A DNA stretch of 35,088 nucleotides, taken from a virus (Duplodnaviria > Caudoviricetes). Below are positions 26,973-35,088 of the stretch, piece after piece; within the stretch, counting starts at the first letter, position 1; every line of letters starts with the position of its first letter. The position numbers and the translations under genes were made by a program. The notes under the pieces were generated by a model. The model was not told where the DNA came from. It did no database searches and worked only from the letters and a program-made list of their open reading frames with translations. The stretch spans positions 1 through 35,088 of the IMG/VR virus record IMGVR_UViG_3300010362_000057; one strand, written 5' to 3'.

Positions 26973-27235
26973 GTCGCAAGGTCACGGTTTGGCAACGGTG
27001 GGACTCGTCTGATCCTGCGGAGTCCGACTCGTTCTTCGCTACCAAGGGCGAGGCTCTAGCGGATATGCGGAGTCTGTACGGGGTCAAAGGCGCGGCGACG
27101 CGCACGGATGGCCGGCTGATGGAATGGGACTATGAGAACGCGGGCGGGTCTCAAACCGTCTACATTCGGCCGGTCGAGGTCACTATGACGGGCGCCGGCG
27201 TGGCGCATGCCCTCGGATGGGCGCCGAATCGGTGA
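26969..27235 (+). CDS. Hypothetical protein (88 aa)
   Basis: GTGA overlap with the upstream gene. Confidence 0.7.
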   Translation: MSRKVTVWQRWDSSDPAESDSFFATKGEALADMRSLYGVKGAATRTDGRLMEWDYENAGGSQTVYIRPVEVTMTGAGVAHALGWAPNR

Positions 27236-27284
27236 GGGGCGCATAGGCAAATCGGCCTAGCCTCCGAGTCAAATAGCGAAGTGC

Positions 27285-27315
27285 GCGGCGGCCCTCGGGC
27301 CGCCGCTCTTTTTTT
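27285..27315 (+). terminator. Intrinsic terminator of the small-ORF operon
   Basis: GCGGCGGCCC-TC-GGGCCGCCGC followed by TCTTTTTTT, at a convergent junction. Confidence 0.85.
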
Positions 27316-27850
27316 ATGCGCCGGTCGCGGCCTCGCGGAACCGGCGGACTTGTTCAAGGCTGCGGGCGTGGCGGTCGAACAAGGCAAAGCCTCCCCTGCG
27401 CCAGCGTTCCCGCTCGGCGTTGGCGGCGATCTCGACTCGCGCGGTCGCCGCGGCGGCGCGCATGAACGCGACGAATCCCGGCCGCTCGAATAGGAACAAG
27501 CGGGGCGGCGGCGGCGGCGCCGGCGCGCGCGTCGGCTTGGGCGGGCGACGCTTCGCCGGGCGCGCGCGTTGCTTCTTCAAGGCGCCGGCCTGGGCGCGCG
27601 CGCGCGTCAAGCGGGCGCGCTGTTCCTGGCGCTCGTCCTCGCGGGCGTTGATAGCGGCCATCGAGTCGATTTGCCGGGCGAGGTCGCGGCGTTCCTCGCC
27701 GACGGGCAAAACGGGGTCGGACTCGTGGGTGTCGATCGCGCAAGGCCACTCGTCGAATTCGGCGAGGTTGTCGAATAGCTCGAACCAATAGCAGTCAAGC
27801 GGCAAGCGGCTGCGGCTGTAGCTGAGGCGTTGAGGCCGCTTGAATCTCAT
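27314..27850 (-). CDS. Hypothetical protein (178 aa)
   Basis: ATGA overlap with the helicase stop; ends at the terminator. Confidence 0.55.
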   Translation of the reverse strand: MRFKRPQRLSYSRSRLPLDCYWFELFDNLAEFDEWPCAIDTHESDPVLPVGEERRDLARQIDSMAAINAREDERQEQRARLTRARAQAGALKKQRARPAKRRPPKPTRAPAPPPPPRLFLFERPGFVAFMRAAAATARVEIAANAERERWRRGGFALFDRHARSLEQVRRFREAATGA

Positions 27851-29799
27851 GCGTCGGCGGTAAGGGTTTCCGAGTCGATCAATTTTTGCGCGGCCTCGGG
27901 GTCGCCGTCGGGCGGGAATATCACGCCGAACGGCACTAGGACGGCGCGCGCGTTCCCGCTGGCGAAGTACAAGGGCGCGTTGCTGTGGCCGGTGCCGGGC
28001 AATCGCTCAAGGGCTTGTCGCCATACGCCGTTGGTCCCGCTGCGCGCGGCCCAATGCGTCCCCTCGAACGCGCGGGCGAGGTCTTTGTTGCTGAACGCGA
28101 CGGCGAGGGCTTGGTAGCGTCCGTTGAGCGGGCCGGCGAGGACTACCTTTAGGCCGTGGGCGTTGAGGACATATTTCGCGTGGCGGATGCGGTCGTAAGC
28201 CGCGGTCGATTCCTCGCCGACTAGCGGGCGGTCGATGGTGGCGCGGCGTACAAGCTCGGCGACGCTGTGTTTCGTCGGGCCGGTCTCGATGGGTAGTTTC
28301 GTGTTCAAGAGGTATTGCAGGCAACGCGCCTCGTCGGGCGCGTCTTGGCCGCTGTCGTTCATGCCGGCTTGGGCGAGGTCCAGGGCGACGGTCTTGGCGT
28401 AGTCGCCGAGTCCGCCGCGGTCGTCGTGTTTGATGATCTCGGCGGCGGTCAAGAGGGCGGCGTAAACGTCGGCCGTTCGCGCGCTCACTTTCTCGTCGAG
28501 GAAAGCTTGATGAAAGGCGGCGTGAACGTCGGCCCATTCGTTCCAGTGGTCGGCGAGGCGCCGTAAGATTTTCTGTCCGGCGTGGCGCAAGGTCTCGGGC
28601 GCCGGCCTGGGCGCGGCCTCGCCGCGCAAGGGGCCAAGCTCTAGGATGGCGATTCTGTTCGCGTCCTGGGTCAAGAGGGGGGGAATCAGGATCGAAAAGA
28701 ACATAAAGCATGAGCGAATCGTGAATTCGACTCCCTGATGGTCGGCGCCTCCCCTGAGCATGACGGCGCCGGAAGCGGCAAGGCGCGCAAGCTTTACGAT
28801 CTGATTGCGCGCGCGGTTGTCCTCCTCCGGCTCGTGTTCGTCGATGGCGACGGGTAGCGTCGCGTGGCCTAGTTTCTGCCAGATGCCGGCGGCGCTCGGT
28901 TCCTCGGCGGCGATCAGGCGGCCGGCGTAAATCCCGTCGATGATGTGGCTCAACGTTGACTTGCCGGTTCCGCTCCCGCCGCTCGTCCATGTCAACGGGC
29001 GCCAGTCGAGGGCGCCGCCGATCATGCCGCAACCGATGGCGCCGATGAGTAAGTCAACGTCGATGGCGCGTTTCCAATTCCATGTTTTGAAAAGCGATGT
29101 GAGATAGGCGCCGGGGCCGTCGTCGTCGCCGGCGACGGCCTCATGCCACGGTCGCGGCAAGGCTTGGCGGGCCGGGTAAACGTAGCCGTCGATGAGGCCG
29201 GGCTTGTGGCTCTTGTCGCCGGCGAGGATGATGTCGCCGCAATGTAGGGTCAATGTGCCGTCGTCGGCGCGCCATGCGCCGGGGCCGCGGACTCGCTTGG
29301 TAGCATCCCAATCGCCGCGCCGGCTACAGGCGGCGGACAAGCTCTCGGCGACGGCCTCGGGGCGCCATCCGGTCGTGTGCCATGCGCCGCTCTTGTCCTG
29401 GGTCATGCGCGGCCAATTCTCCCAAAGGAAATCGGTGCGATGGCCGAACATTCGCATGAGGTTGAGTCGGTTGTGCTTCTCGCCGCTGAGTTCCCATAGG
29501 TGCTGAGTCGCGTCGAGGTAGTAGCAAGTTTTCCCGTCGTTCCCCAACGGGATTACCGGGCAACCGTCGGGCAAGCCGTGGGTGGCGTAGGCGGGTGGCT
29601 CGCCGCGGTCGGGCGGCGGCGTTCCTGGCTTGTCCTTCTTTGGCCTGGCTGTCGGCGCCGGCGCCGGGGCCGCTGCGCCAGTTGGCGCCGACGCCGGCGC
29701 CGCGTTGGCCTCGGGCTGCGGCGGTAAGGGGTCTAGCGGGCTGCTTGTGTCGATGATCTGCTCAAGCTTGCGCCACTTCTCGTTACGCTCCTGCGGCAT
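27847..29799 (-). CDS. P-loop NTPase, replicative helicase/origin-binding type (DUF927 or P4-alpha-like)
   Basis: Walker A SGGSGTGKST and Walker B VAIDEHE; directly downstream of the primase. Confidence 0.8.
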   Translation of the reverse strand: MPQERNEKWRKLEQIIDTSSPLDPLPPQPEANAAPASAPTGAAAPAPAPTARPKKDKPGTPPPDRGEPPAYATHGLPDGCPVIPLGNDGKTCYYLDATQHLWELSGEKHNRLNLMRMFGHRTDFLWENWPRMTQDKSGAWHTTGWRPEAVAESLSAACSRRGDWDATKRVRGPGAWRADDGTLTLHCGDIILAGDKSHKPGLIDGYVYPARQALPRPWHEAVAGDDDGPGAYLTSLFKTWNWKRAIDVDLLIGAIGCGMIGGALDWRPLTWTSGGSGTGKSTLSHIIDGIYAGRLIAAEEPSAAGIWQKLGHATLPVAIDEHEPEEDNRARNQIVKLARLAASGAVMLRGGADHQGVEFTIRSCFMFFSILIPPLLTQDANRIAILELGPLRGEAAPRPAPETLRHAGQKILRRLADHWNEWADVHAAFHQAFLDEKVSARTADVYAALLTAAEIIKHDDRGGLGDYAKTVALDLAQAGMNDSGQDAPDEARCLQYLLNTKLPIETGPTKHSVAELVRRATIDRPLVGEESTAAYDRIRHAKYVLNAHGLKVVLAGPLNGRYQALAVAFSNKDLARAFEGTHWAARSGTNGVWRQALERLPGTGHSNAPLYFASGNARAVLVPFGVIFPPDGDPEAAQKLIDSETLTADA

Positions 29800-30865
29800 G
29801 GTCTGTTGAGTCCCCCGTCGCGTCTTGCAATAGGTCGTTGGCGTCCTTCACGTTCGCCGGCGGGCGCGCGACCTTCACGAATTTCCCTTGTCGTCGGAAG
29901 TGTTCAACGGCGCGCTCGAACGCGGCGATGGCAAGCGGCTCGGTGTCGTTCTGCGCCATGAGGATAACGCCGGCGATCTCGGGCGGTAGCATGATGTTCG
30001 CCATGTTGCTGATACTCACGGCGGCCCATGTCCGGTAATTCGGGCGAACGATCACGGCGCTAAGGGCGTCCTCGATGCCCTCGGCGATCACTAGCCATTC
30101 GCCGGGCTGAACCGATTGCCACGGCTTCGCCGTCTCGCCGCGCCATAGGCGGATGGCGCCGCCGCGGTAGCTGGCGAGAGTCTTTTTCGGCTCGGTGAGG
30201 TCGCGGGCCTTCACGACTCGGCCGTCGGGCAAAACCTCAAGCCATGTGCGATGAACGGCCTGAATCGAATGGCCGCCGCCGGTGATAGCGGCGACCATGC
30301 CGGGGTAATAGCTGTCGGTTTCGCTGTTGTAGAGTCGCGGCTCAAAGCGGATGGCGGCCGGCTGTCGGCCGAGTCCGCTCAAGTCGATGCCGCGGCCTCT
30401 GAGGTAGGCGTCAACCGGGGTGTCGCGGATGCCGGGCCGGGCGGCGATGAAAATTCGCATGGCCTGGGCGTGTTTCATTTCGGCGTCTTTGAGAACGCTG
30501 CGCTTGCGTTCCTCGGCCTCGCGGCGCTGCTGCGCAATGCGCGCCGGGTCGAGGTCGTCGATGCCTAGCCATGAACGCGACCATGCGACGGCCTTGCCCT
30601 TGTCGCCGCGGAATAGGACTTGCGCCACTAGGTCGAGGGCGTCGCCGCGCATGGTGTCGCCGGCGCCAAAGTCTTTCCAGATGCCGGCGCGGTTCCCGCG
30701 GTTGACTGCCATGCTGCGGCCGGCCTCGCCGGCGACGCTGCCGACTCGCCACTCGTCGCCGTCGATCACGGCGCGCGGCAAAAGCTCGGGGACTAGGCTA
30801 TCAACATGGGCCGCCAGCATGGCGGCGATCTCGCCGACGGTCACAAGGCGCGCGGGCGCGCTCAC
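29783..30865 (-). CDS. TOPRIM-domain DNA primase
   Basis: G.W.DF..GD.LDL, YLRGRGI, AVHRTWL, VIAEGIEDALS and KDANDLL motifs; GTG start overlaps the upstream TGA. Confidence 0.88.
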   Translation of the reverse strand: MSAPARLVTVGEIAAMLAAHVDSLVPELLPRAVIDGDEWRVGSVAGEAGRSMAVNRGNRAGIWKDFGAGDTMRGDALDLVAQVLFRGDKGKAVAWSRSWLGIDDLDPARIAQQRREAEERKRSVLKDAEMKHAQAMRIFIAARPGIRDTPVDAYLRGRGIDLSGLGRQPAAIRFEPRLYNSETDSYYPGMVAAITGGGHSIQAVHRTWLEVLPDGRVVKARDLTEPKKTLASYRGGAIRLWRGETAKPWQSVQPGEWLVIAEGIEDALSAVIVRPNYRTWAAVSISNMANIMLPPEIAGVILMAQNDTEPLAIAAFERAVEHFRRQGKFVKVARPPANVKDANDLLQDATGDSTDHAAGA

Positions 30866-31068
30866 TTGGCGGCCCTCGCCGCCTTGCGGCGGTCGGCGGC
30901 GCGGATGCGGGAAAGCTTGACGCGCAAGGCTTGGGGCGTCCGCCCGAGTCCGATGGCGAGTAGTTCGTAGGGGACGGTGCGCGCGGCCTCGCCCCATCGC
31001 CGTAGGGTGTCGATCTCGGCGTCGGTCCAATCCCGGCCGGTGCCGGGCTTGTGCGGGGCCTCGCTCAT
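30862..31068 (-). CDS. Small HTH protein resembling the GcrA N-terminal (Myb-like) domain
   Basis: WTDAEIDTLRRW...LGRTPQALRVKLSRI compared with the GcrA pattern WTD.R...LK.LW...LG..TRNAVIGK..RL. Confidence 0.6.
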   Translation of the reverse strand: MSEAPHKPGTGRDWTDAEIDTLRRWGEAARTVPYELLAIGLGRTPQALRVKLSRIRAADRRKAARAAK

Positions 31069-31286
31069 GCTGCGCGCCGGACGCGAATCGGGAAAAAGTC
31101 GTTCGGCGTCACGGCGCCGCGGCTGGCGTAGTAGATGCGCAACATGGCGGCGGGTCGCGGCATTTTGAACCGCTCGGCGTCAATCGGCTGACAGTGGGCG
31201 AACGCAACCGACGGCTTGACGCCGTAGCGGCGCCCTAGCTGCTCGAACGTGTAACCCTTGGCGCGGCGCCACTGTTCCAGAGTCAC
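31065..31286 (-). CDS. Cro-like XRE HTH regulator
   Basis: TLEQWRRAKGYTFEQLG...G.VTPNDF; GGGAG RBS with GTG start; divergent from the CI-like gene. Confidence 0.8.
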   Translation of the reverse strand: MTLEQWRRAKGYTFEQLGRRYGVKPSVAFAHCQPIDAERFKMPRPAAMLRIYYASRGAVTPNDFFPIRVRRAA

Positions 31287-31332
31287 GGCGTTCTCCCGAC
31301 AACGTTTCTGTAATCGCTTTGTTCCCCGGACG

Positions 31333-31453
31333 TTTGCCGGGGCGGCGGGCATTTTGCCCTTGCGGCAAAACCGATGCAAGTGGTTTGCGTTGCGTTCTGG
31401 TGTCGGGTTGGTGTCGGGATTGTTGCTCGGTGTTGCTTTGCCTCAATGGCAAA
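31333..31453. promoter_or_regulatory. Immunity region: operators TTTGCC-N5-GGCAAA and the cro promoter
   Basis: Perfect sites at 31353-31369 and 31437-31453, partial site at 31333-31349; leftward TTGCAT-N17-CAAAAT (31379-31351). Confidence 0.75.
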
Positions 31454-31510
31454 CGTTCAACAATTCGTGATAGTCTTTATTCCCTAACTGCGAATGAAAG
31501 GAGTCTTGGC

Positions 31511-31867
31511 GTGTCTAAAGGTAAGCCGCCTAACCGTTTGCGCGAATGGCGGCTCGCGCGTGGTCACTCGCTGGAATCGGTCGCGGCCGATCTGAGCATC
31601 GGCCTAACCTCGCTCCAGCGATACGAAACCGGCGACCGTCCGTTGACGGTCGAAACTCTCGAAAAGCTTGCAACCTACTATCTAGTAGGGCCGGGCGATC
31701 TCTTGAATCGCCCGGCCCACGCCGGCGCGATTAGCAAGGAACATGAGCTACTGGAAACGTTCCGGTTGCTCTCCCCTGTCGATCAACAAAGGCTTGTCGG
31801 CTTCGCTCGTGTCATGGGCGAAGCGTCAAAGGCTCCCGCCAATACAAGCCGACGGGGGCGAGTATAG
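31511..31867 (+). CDS. CI-like XRE repressor without an S24 peptidase domain
   Basis: NRLREWR..RG.SLE.VA..L.I...LQRYE.G.R.L HTH with an E.ELL..FR.LS...Q tail; AAGGAG RBS with GTG start. Confidence 0.85.
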   Translation: MSKGKPPNRLREWRLARGHSLESVAADLSIGLTSLQRYETGDRPLTVETLEKLATYYLVGPGDLLNRPAHAGAISKEHELLETFRLLSPVDQQRLVGFARVMGEASKAPANTSRRGRV

Positions 31868-31934
31868 CGCCAAAAAGTCGCGGGGGGCCATTGGTCTTAG
31901 GTCCAATGGTCCCCTAGCGATTCGAGGACTATGG

Positions 31935-31978
31935 TTTGCCGGACGGGCTTGACTCCCGTTTTGCCTAATCGGCAAAAT
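31935..31978 (+). promoter_or_regulatory. Rightward promoter with operators upstream of the xis-like gene
   Basis: TTGACT (31949)-N18-CAAAAT; perfect operator at 31960-31976, partial at 31935-31951. Confidence 0.7.
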
Positions 31979-32014
31979 AGGCGCTCTAAAAAAATCCCCT
32001 CGGGAGGGGCGCCC

Positions 32015-32314
32015 ATGCAAGATTTCCTGACAACCGCTGAGGTCGCGGCGATGTTCCGCCGCTCGGTCGATTGGTTCTATCGCAACCGGCGCAAGCTCGA
32101 ACGGCGCGGGTTCCCGCGGCCGGTGGTATGGAATAGTTATGATCCCGACGCCGTTTCCGCGTGGCGGCGGTCACAGATGCCGGCGCCGTTGCGGGCCGCC
32201 CTCGGCGACGGCGACGGCGCCGCGGTCGATGCCGCGGCCATGACTGAGGAATTGCGGGCGAACGCGGAACGGCTCGCCTCGGGCGTCCGGCGCCGGCGCT
32301 CGCGCGCGGCCTAG
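32015..32314 (+). CDS. AlpA/excisionase-like HTH protein
   Basis: FLTTAEVAAMF.RS..WFYR...GFPRP...Y...V.AW; GGAGG RBS. Confidence 0.8.
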   Translation: MQDFLTTAEVAAMFRRSVDWFYRNRRKLERRGFPRPVVWNSYDPDAVSAWRRSQMPAPLRAALGDGDGAAVDAAAMTEELRANAERLASGVRRRRSRAA

Positions 32315-32330
32315 CCGGGCCGGCAAGGCG

Positions 32331-32395
32331 ATTGCCTCGGGGGCAAAAAAAAGCGAATAACAATGGTTGCTATTTCCCGCCGGGTGCATTATCTA
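32331..32395 (+). promoter_or_regulatory. Promoter of the HTH-integrase operon, carrying both operator types
   Basis: ATTGCC-TCGGG-GGCAAA 32331-32347; AATAACAATGGTTGCTATT 32356-32374; TTGCTA-N17-TATCTA ends 7 nt before ATG 32403, consistent with a leaderless mRNA. Confidence 0.6.
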
Positions 32396-32402
32396 ATTGC
32401 GA

Positions 32403-32639
32403 ATGAACGCCAGTGATCTGTTAAGATGGCGCGAGTCCTGCGAATTGACGCAAGCTCAAGCCGCCGAAATGCTCGGGATAGCTAAGAGCATGTTTTGCAA
32501 TTACGAGTGGGGGAACCATGAAATCCCGCTCAAGATTCGGCTTGCCTGTGCGGCAATCGCGCTCGGCATAACAGACTACAGCGGGCCGCCGCCAACAAAC
32601 AAATCAAGCAAAGGAGTCTCTGATGATTCGCGTTCCTAA
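32403..32639 (+). CDS. Second XRE-family HTH regulator (78 aa)
   Basis: DLLRWR...LTQAQAAEMLG.......YE.G..EIP..I.LAC.A. Confidence 0.85.
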   Translation: MNASDLLRWRESCELTQAQAAEMLGIAKSMFCNYEWGNHEIPLKIRLACAAIALGITDYSGPPPTNKSSKGVSDDSRS

Positions 32640-34017
32640 CCTCGTTACTCGAACCAATGCTGACGGTTCGCTGCGCTACTATTGGCGCGCGAGTCCTAAG
32701 CTCGCGGCCTCGTGGCGCATGGTGCCGGTTCCCTCCGATGAGGTCGCCGCGCGCTGCTCCACGCCGGCCGAATTAGAGGCGCAAGCCATCGTCGCCGCCA
32801 AGGAAATCAACGCCAAGGTCGATGAGTGGCGCGCGACGGGCATGGTCGCCGGCGGCTGTCCGGCCTTCAAGGCGACGCGCGACAACGCGCCGCCGCGGTC
32901 TCTGTCGGCGCTGATTACCACGTATCGCAAGCATCCCGATTTCCTCAACCTCGCGCCCTCGACTCGCAAGGGCTATGAAAACGAAATGCGCCAGTTAGAG
33001 GAATGGGCCGGCGCGCGCGCGGTGACGGCGATCACGCGCGAACATTTCGATGCCCTCATGAAAGCTCTGCGCGACGCCGGCAAGCCGGGCGCGGCGAACC
33101 ATCTAGCCGTCATGCTGCGAACGCTGCTCAATTTCGGCAAGCGGCTGACGCCGCCGTGGGTCACGGTCAATATCGCCGATGATCCCGGCTTGACTGAGGG
33201 CGAGAAAACCGGCCGGCCGTTCCCAAAGGCGGCGCTCGCCATGTTCGTCGAGGTCGCCGACGAGTCGGGCCACGGCACGGTCGGGACGGCCATCGTCCTC
33301 GACTCGCTTATCGGCCAGCGGCCGGGCGATGTGATCTCGTTCCGGCGCGACCATTACCGGAATGGGACTCTGATTTTCGATCAGCGGAAAACCGGCAAGG
33401 CCATGCGGCTCCCGCTCCACAACGCGCCGGAAGTCCAGGCGCGGCTTGACGCTGAGTTAGAGCGCCAGCGGACGCGCGGCTTTGTCGGCCGCTACCTGAT
33501 TCTCACTGAGGATGGCTTGCCTTACTCGGAATGGAATCTGCGGCGCAAGTATCGCGCCGTTCGCAACCGGGTAATCGCCAAGCTGCTGCTGGCGAAAGGT
33601 TGGCGCCAATGCCGCAAGCGGGACGCTGAGGGCGTGACCTTGCCGGCCTGCGATCAACGCTGGTGGCATGAGGTCTATGCGTCTGAGCATCGCCGGCGCG
33701 CGCGCAACGAGTCGGTTGAGGATTTCATGGTCTCTCAAGCGATGGCCGATGCCTCGTTTGAAACTGACTATGGAACCAAGTCCGCCGATGATGAGAACGC
33801 TTTCACGGTCTACGCCGGCGACCTTTGGTTTCAACATATGCGCCATACCGCGGTGTTGCGCATGGGCGAGGCCGGCGTTCCCGGCGATCAAATCAAGATG
33901 GTGACGGGTCACTCGCTGCGCCAAGTGACGGCGATCTTGGATCACTACCAAGTCGGGACGGGCGCCATCGTCTCGTCGATCTTCGCCAAGGTGCGCGCGC
34001 ATGAGGCCGGCGAATGA
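32623..34017 (+). CDS. int: Tyrosine recombinase/integrase
   Basis: Catalytic set GQRPGD (R), QRKTG (K), HMRH, TGH and ILDHY; core-binding LAPSTRKGY; AAGGAG RBS. Confidence 0.9.
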   Translation: MIRVPNLVTRTNADGSLRYYWRASPKLAASWRMVPVPSDEVAARCSTPAELEAQAIVAAKEINAKVDEWRATGMVAGGCPAFKATRDNAPPRSLSALITTYRKHPDFLNLAPSTRKGYENEMRQLEEWAGARAVTAITREHFDALMKALRDAGKPGAANHLAVMLRTLLNFGKRLTPPWVTVNIADDPGLTEGEKTGRPFPKAALAMFVEVADESGHGTVGTAIVLDSLIGQRPGDVISFRRDHYRNGTLIFDQRKTGKAMRLPLHNAPEVQARLDAELERQRTRGFVGRYLILTEDGLPYSEWNLRRKYRAVRNRVIAKLLLAKGWRQCRKRDAEGVTLPACDQRWWHEVYASEHRRRARNESVEDFMVSQAMADASFETDYGTKSADDENAFTVYAGDLWFQHMRHTAVLRMGEAGVPGDQIKMVTGHSLRQVTAILDHYQVGTGAIVSSIFAKVRAHEAGE

Positions 34018-34286
34018 AAGCCTCGGAGATTCAGGCGGGCATGATCCTCTATCGCCAGCGGCGCGGAACCTACGGGCGCGCCGCTGTCGTCGAGGTCGCA
34101 ACGCGGGGCGAGGTCGGGGGAACCTGGGTCAAAGCCCTCTACCATCGCAACGCTTTCGGGACGTGGCGCCCCTCAACGGGCGCCCATCCCTATCGAATCG
34201 CCAACCGGGAATTGTCGCTGCTTGACGCCGCGTCACTCGAACGGATACGGGCGGAAGCTGCCAAGCCGCCGCCGGCGCGCGAATGA
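34014..34286 (+). CDS. Hypothetical protein (90 aa)
   Basis: ATGA overlaps at both ends. Confidence 0.65.
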   Translation: MKASEIQAGMILYRQRRGTYGRAAVVEVATRGEVGGTWVKALYHRNAFGTWRPSTGAHPYRIANRELSLLDAASLERIRAEAAKPPPARE

Positions 34287-34843
34287 TTCCCTCAATCAAG
34301 ATTCCAACCTACCTCGCGCGGCGCCCTCGCGACGCGCGGGGCTACCCTATTCCCTATGTCGTGCAGCAACCGCGGGGCGAGGCGCCGCGGTTCCCGGTCG
34401 TCGATCTCGATGCGTGGCGGGTGTGCGTCACTCAACGGCGCTGCGCCCTCTGCGCGCGTGAGTTCCGCGGGGCGATCTCCACCATTGACGGGTGCCTCAT
34501 AACTGAGGGCGTCTACTTTATCGGCGGGCCGATCTGCGCCGACAACCGGCTGTTCTTTGATCCGGCGATGTGTGAAGCCTGCGCGCGCTACGCCATCCGG
34601 GTCTGTCCCTACCTCGCCCTCCCCTCGTACAACCGGACGCGCGGGCCGGAAGCTTTCGAGGGGACGCGCCATGCTCCCTCGCAAGTCGTCGAGGTCGCGT
34701 CGGCAAGCGTCAAGCGTCCCGCTCGGTTCATGCTCGGGCGGGCGCCCGGCTACACTGTCCGGCATATCAACGGCGACAAGCTTGTTCTCGCTCGGCCGTG
34801 GCTCGAATTGGAATGGTGGGCCTGCGGCGAAAGGGTCGAATGA
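34283..34843 (+). CDS. Cys-rich hypothetical protein (186 aa)
   Basis: RP.D.RGYPIP...C.LC...F.GGP...P.MC..CA.YA...CPYL; likely Zn-binding. Confidence 0.7.
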   Translation: MIPSIKIPTYLARRPRDARGYPIPYVVQQPRGEAPRFPVVDLDAWRVCVTQRRCALCAREFRGAISTIDGCLITEGVYFIGGPICADNRLFFDPAMCEACARYAIRVCPYLALPSYNRTRGPEAFEGTRHAPSQVVEVASASVKRPARFMLGRAPGYTVRHINGDKLVLARPWLELEWWACGERVE

Positions 34844-35088
34844 ACGATTGGCTCGTCAACGCGCAAGCGTCTCGATGTCCAGGGTGCGGCGCCTCTCACT
34901 TGGTAGCCGGGCCTCGCGGGGGCGCCTCGCGGAACGTCTACTGCGCTAACTGTATGCAGGGGTGGAATCTGCATGGGGTTGACTACGGGGTGTTCGCCGT
35001 TGAATCCATCGGGCCGGTGACGGTTGAAACTCTGTCCTGGGCCATGAGTGCCTATCCCGATCAACCGTTTCGACTCCCCCATCGTGAC
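34840..35088 (+). CDS. Zn-ribbon protein, partial (runs off the window)
   Basis: My translation: MNDWLVNAQASRCPGCGASHLVAGPRGGASRNVYCANC...; ATGA overlap; not in the ORF track. Confidence 0.65.
   Translation, partial: MNDWLVNAQASRCPGCGASHLVAGPRGGASRNVYCANCMQGWNLHGVDYGVFAVESIGPVTVETLSWAMSAYPDQPFRLPHRD

Noticed and set aside
27236-27286. Possible HDV-like or pistol ribozyme (GCGCA/TGCGC pairing, CGAAG, TCAAATAG)
   Set aside because: The L3/P1.1 consensus of HDV-like ribozymes and the pistol pseudoknot are missing.
32620-32627. CTGATGAT at the integrase start
   Set aside because: No matching GAAA or stems; it is just the start-codon context.

Overview
The whole window is a roughly 35-kb piece of a GC-rich temperate podovirus genome, probably infecting an alphaproteobacterium (inferred from the RcGTA-like head-spike gene, a GcrA-like HTH and CTTG-type promoters). 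Its gene order is BPP-1/epsilon15-like. The minus strand from 24794 leftwards carries packaging and virion genes: terS, an adenine MTase, terL, small head proteins, portal, scaffold, major capsid, decoration protein, tail tubular proteins A/B, ejection proteins including an SLT muramidase, and a tail fibre. An iteron-rich non-coding region (24800-25330) precedes a plus-strand operon of six small unknown ORFs. A leftward primase/helicase/Cro operon, a CI-like repressor and a rightward xis-HTH-tyrosine recombinase operon follow. The most striking signal is non-coding: two complete type II hammerhead ribozymes with a loop-tail pseudoknot (25799-25870 and 26325-26407) punctuate the small-ORF operon. 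Double cleavage would excise a 537-nt, two-ORF RNA whose ends could re-form a hammerhead, making a candidate circular mRNA. Also seen are a host-type parS site before the tail fibre gene, two operator families, a P4-like inverted iteron array with IHF/DnaA boxes and two structured intergenic regions. Product calls come from motifs and gene order read by eye; no database search was run.
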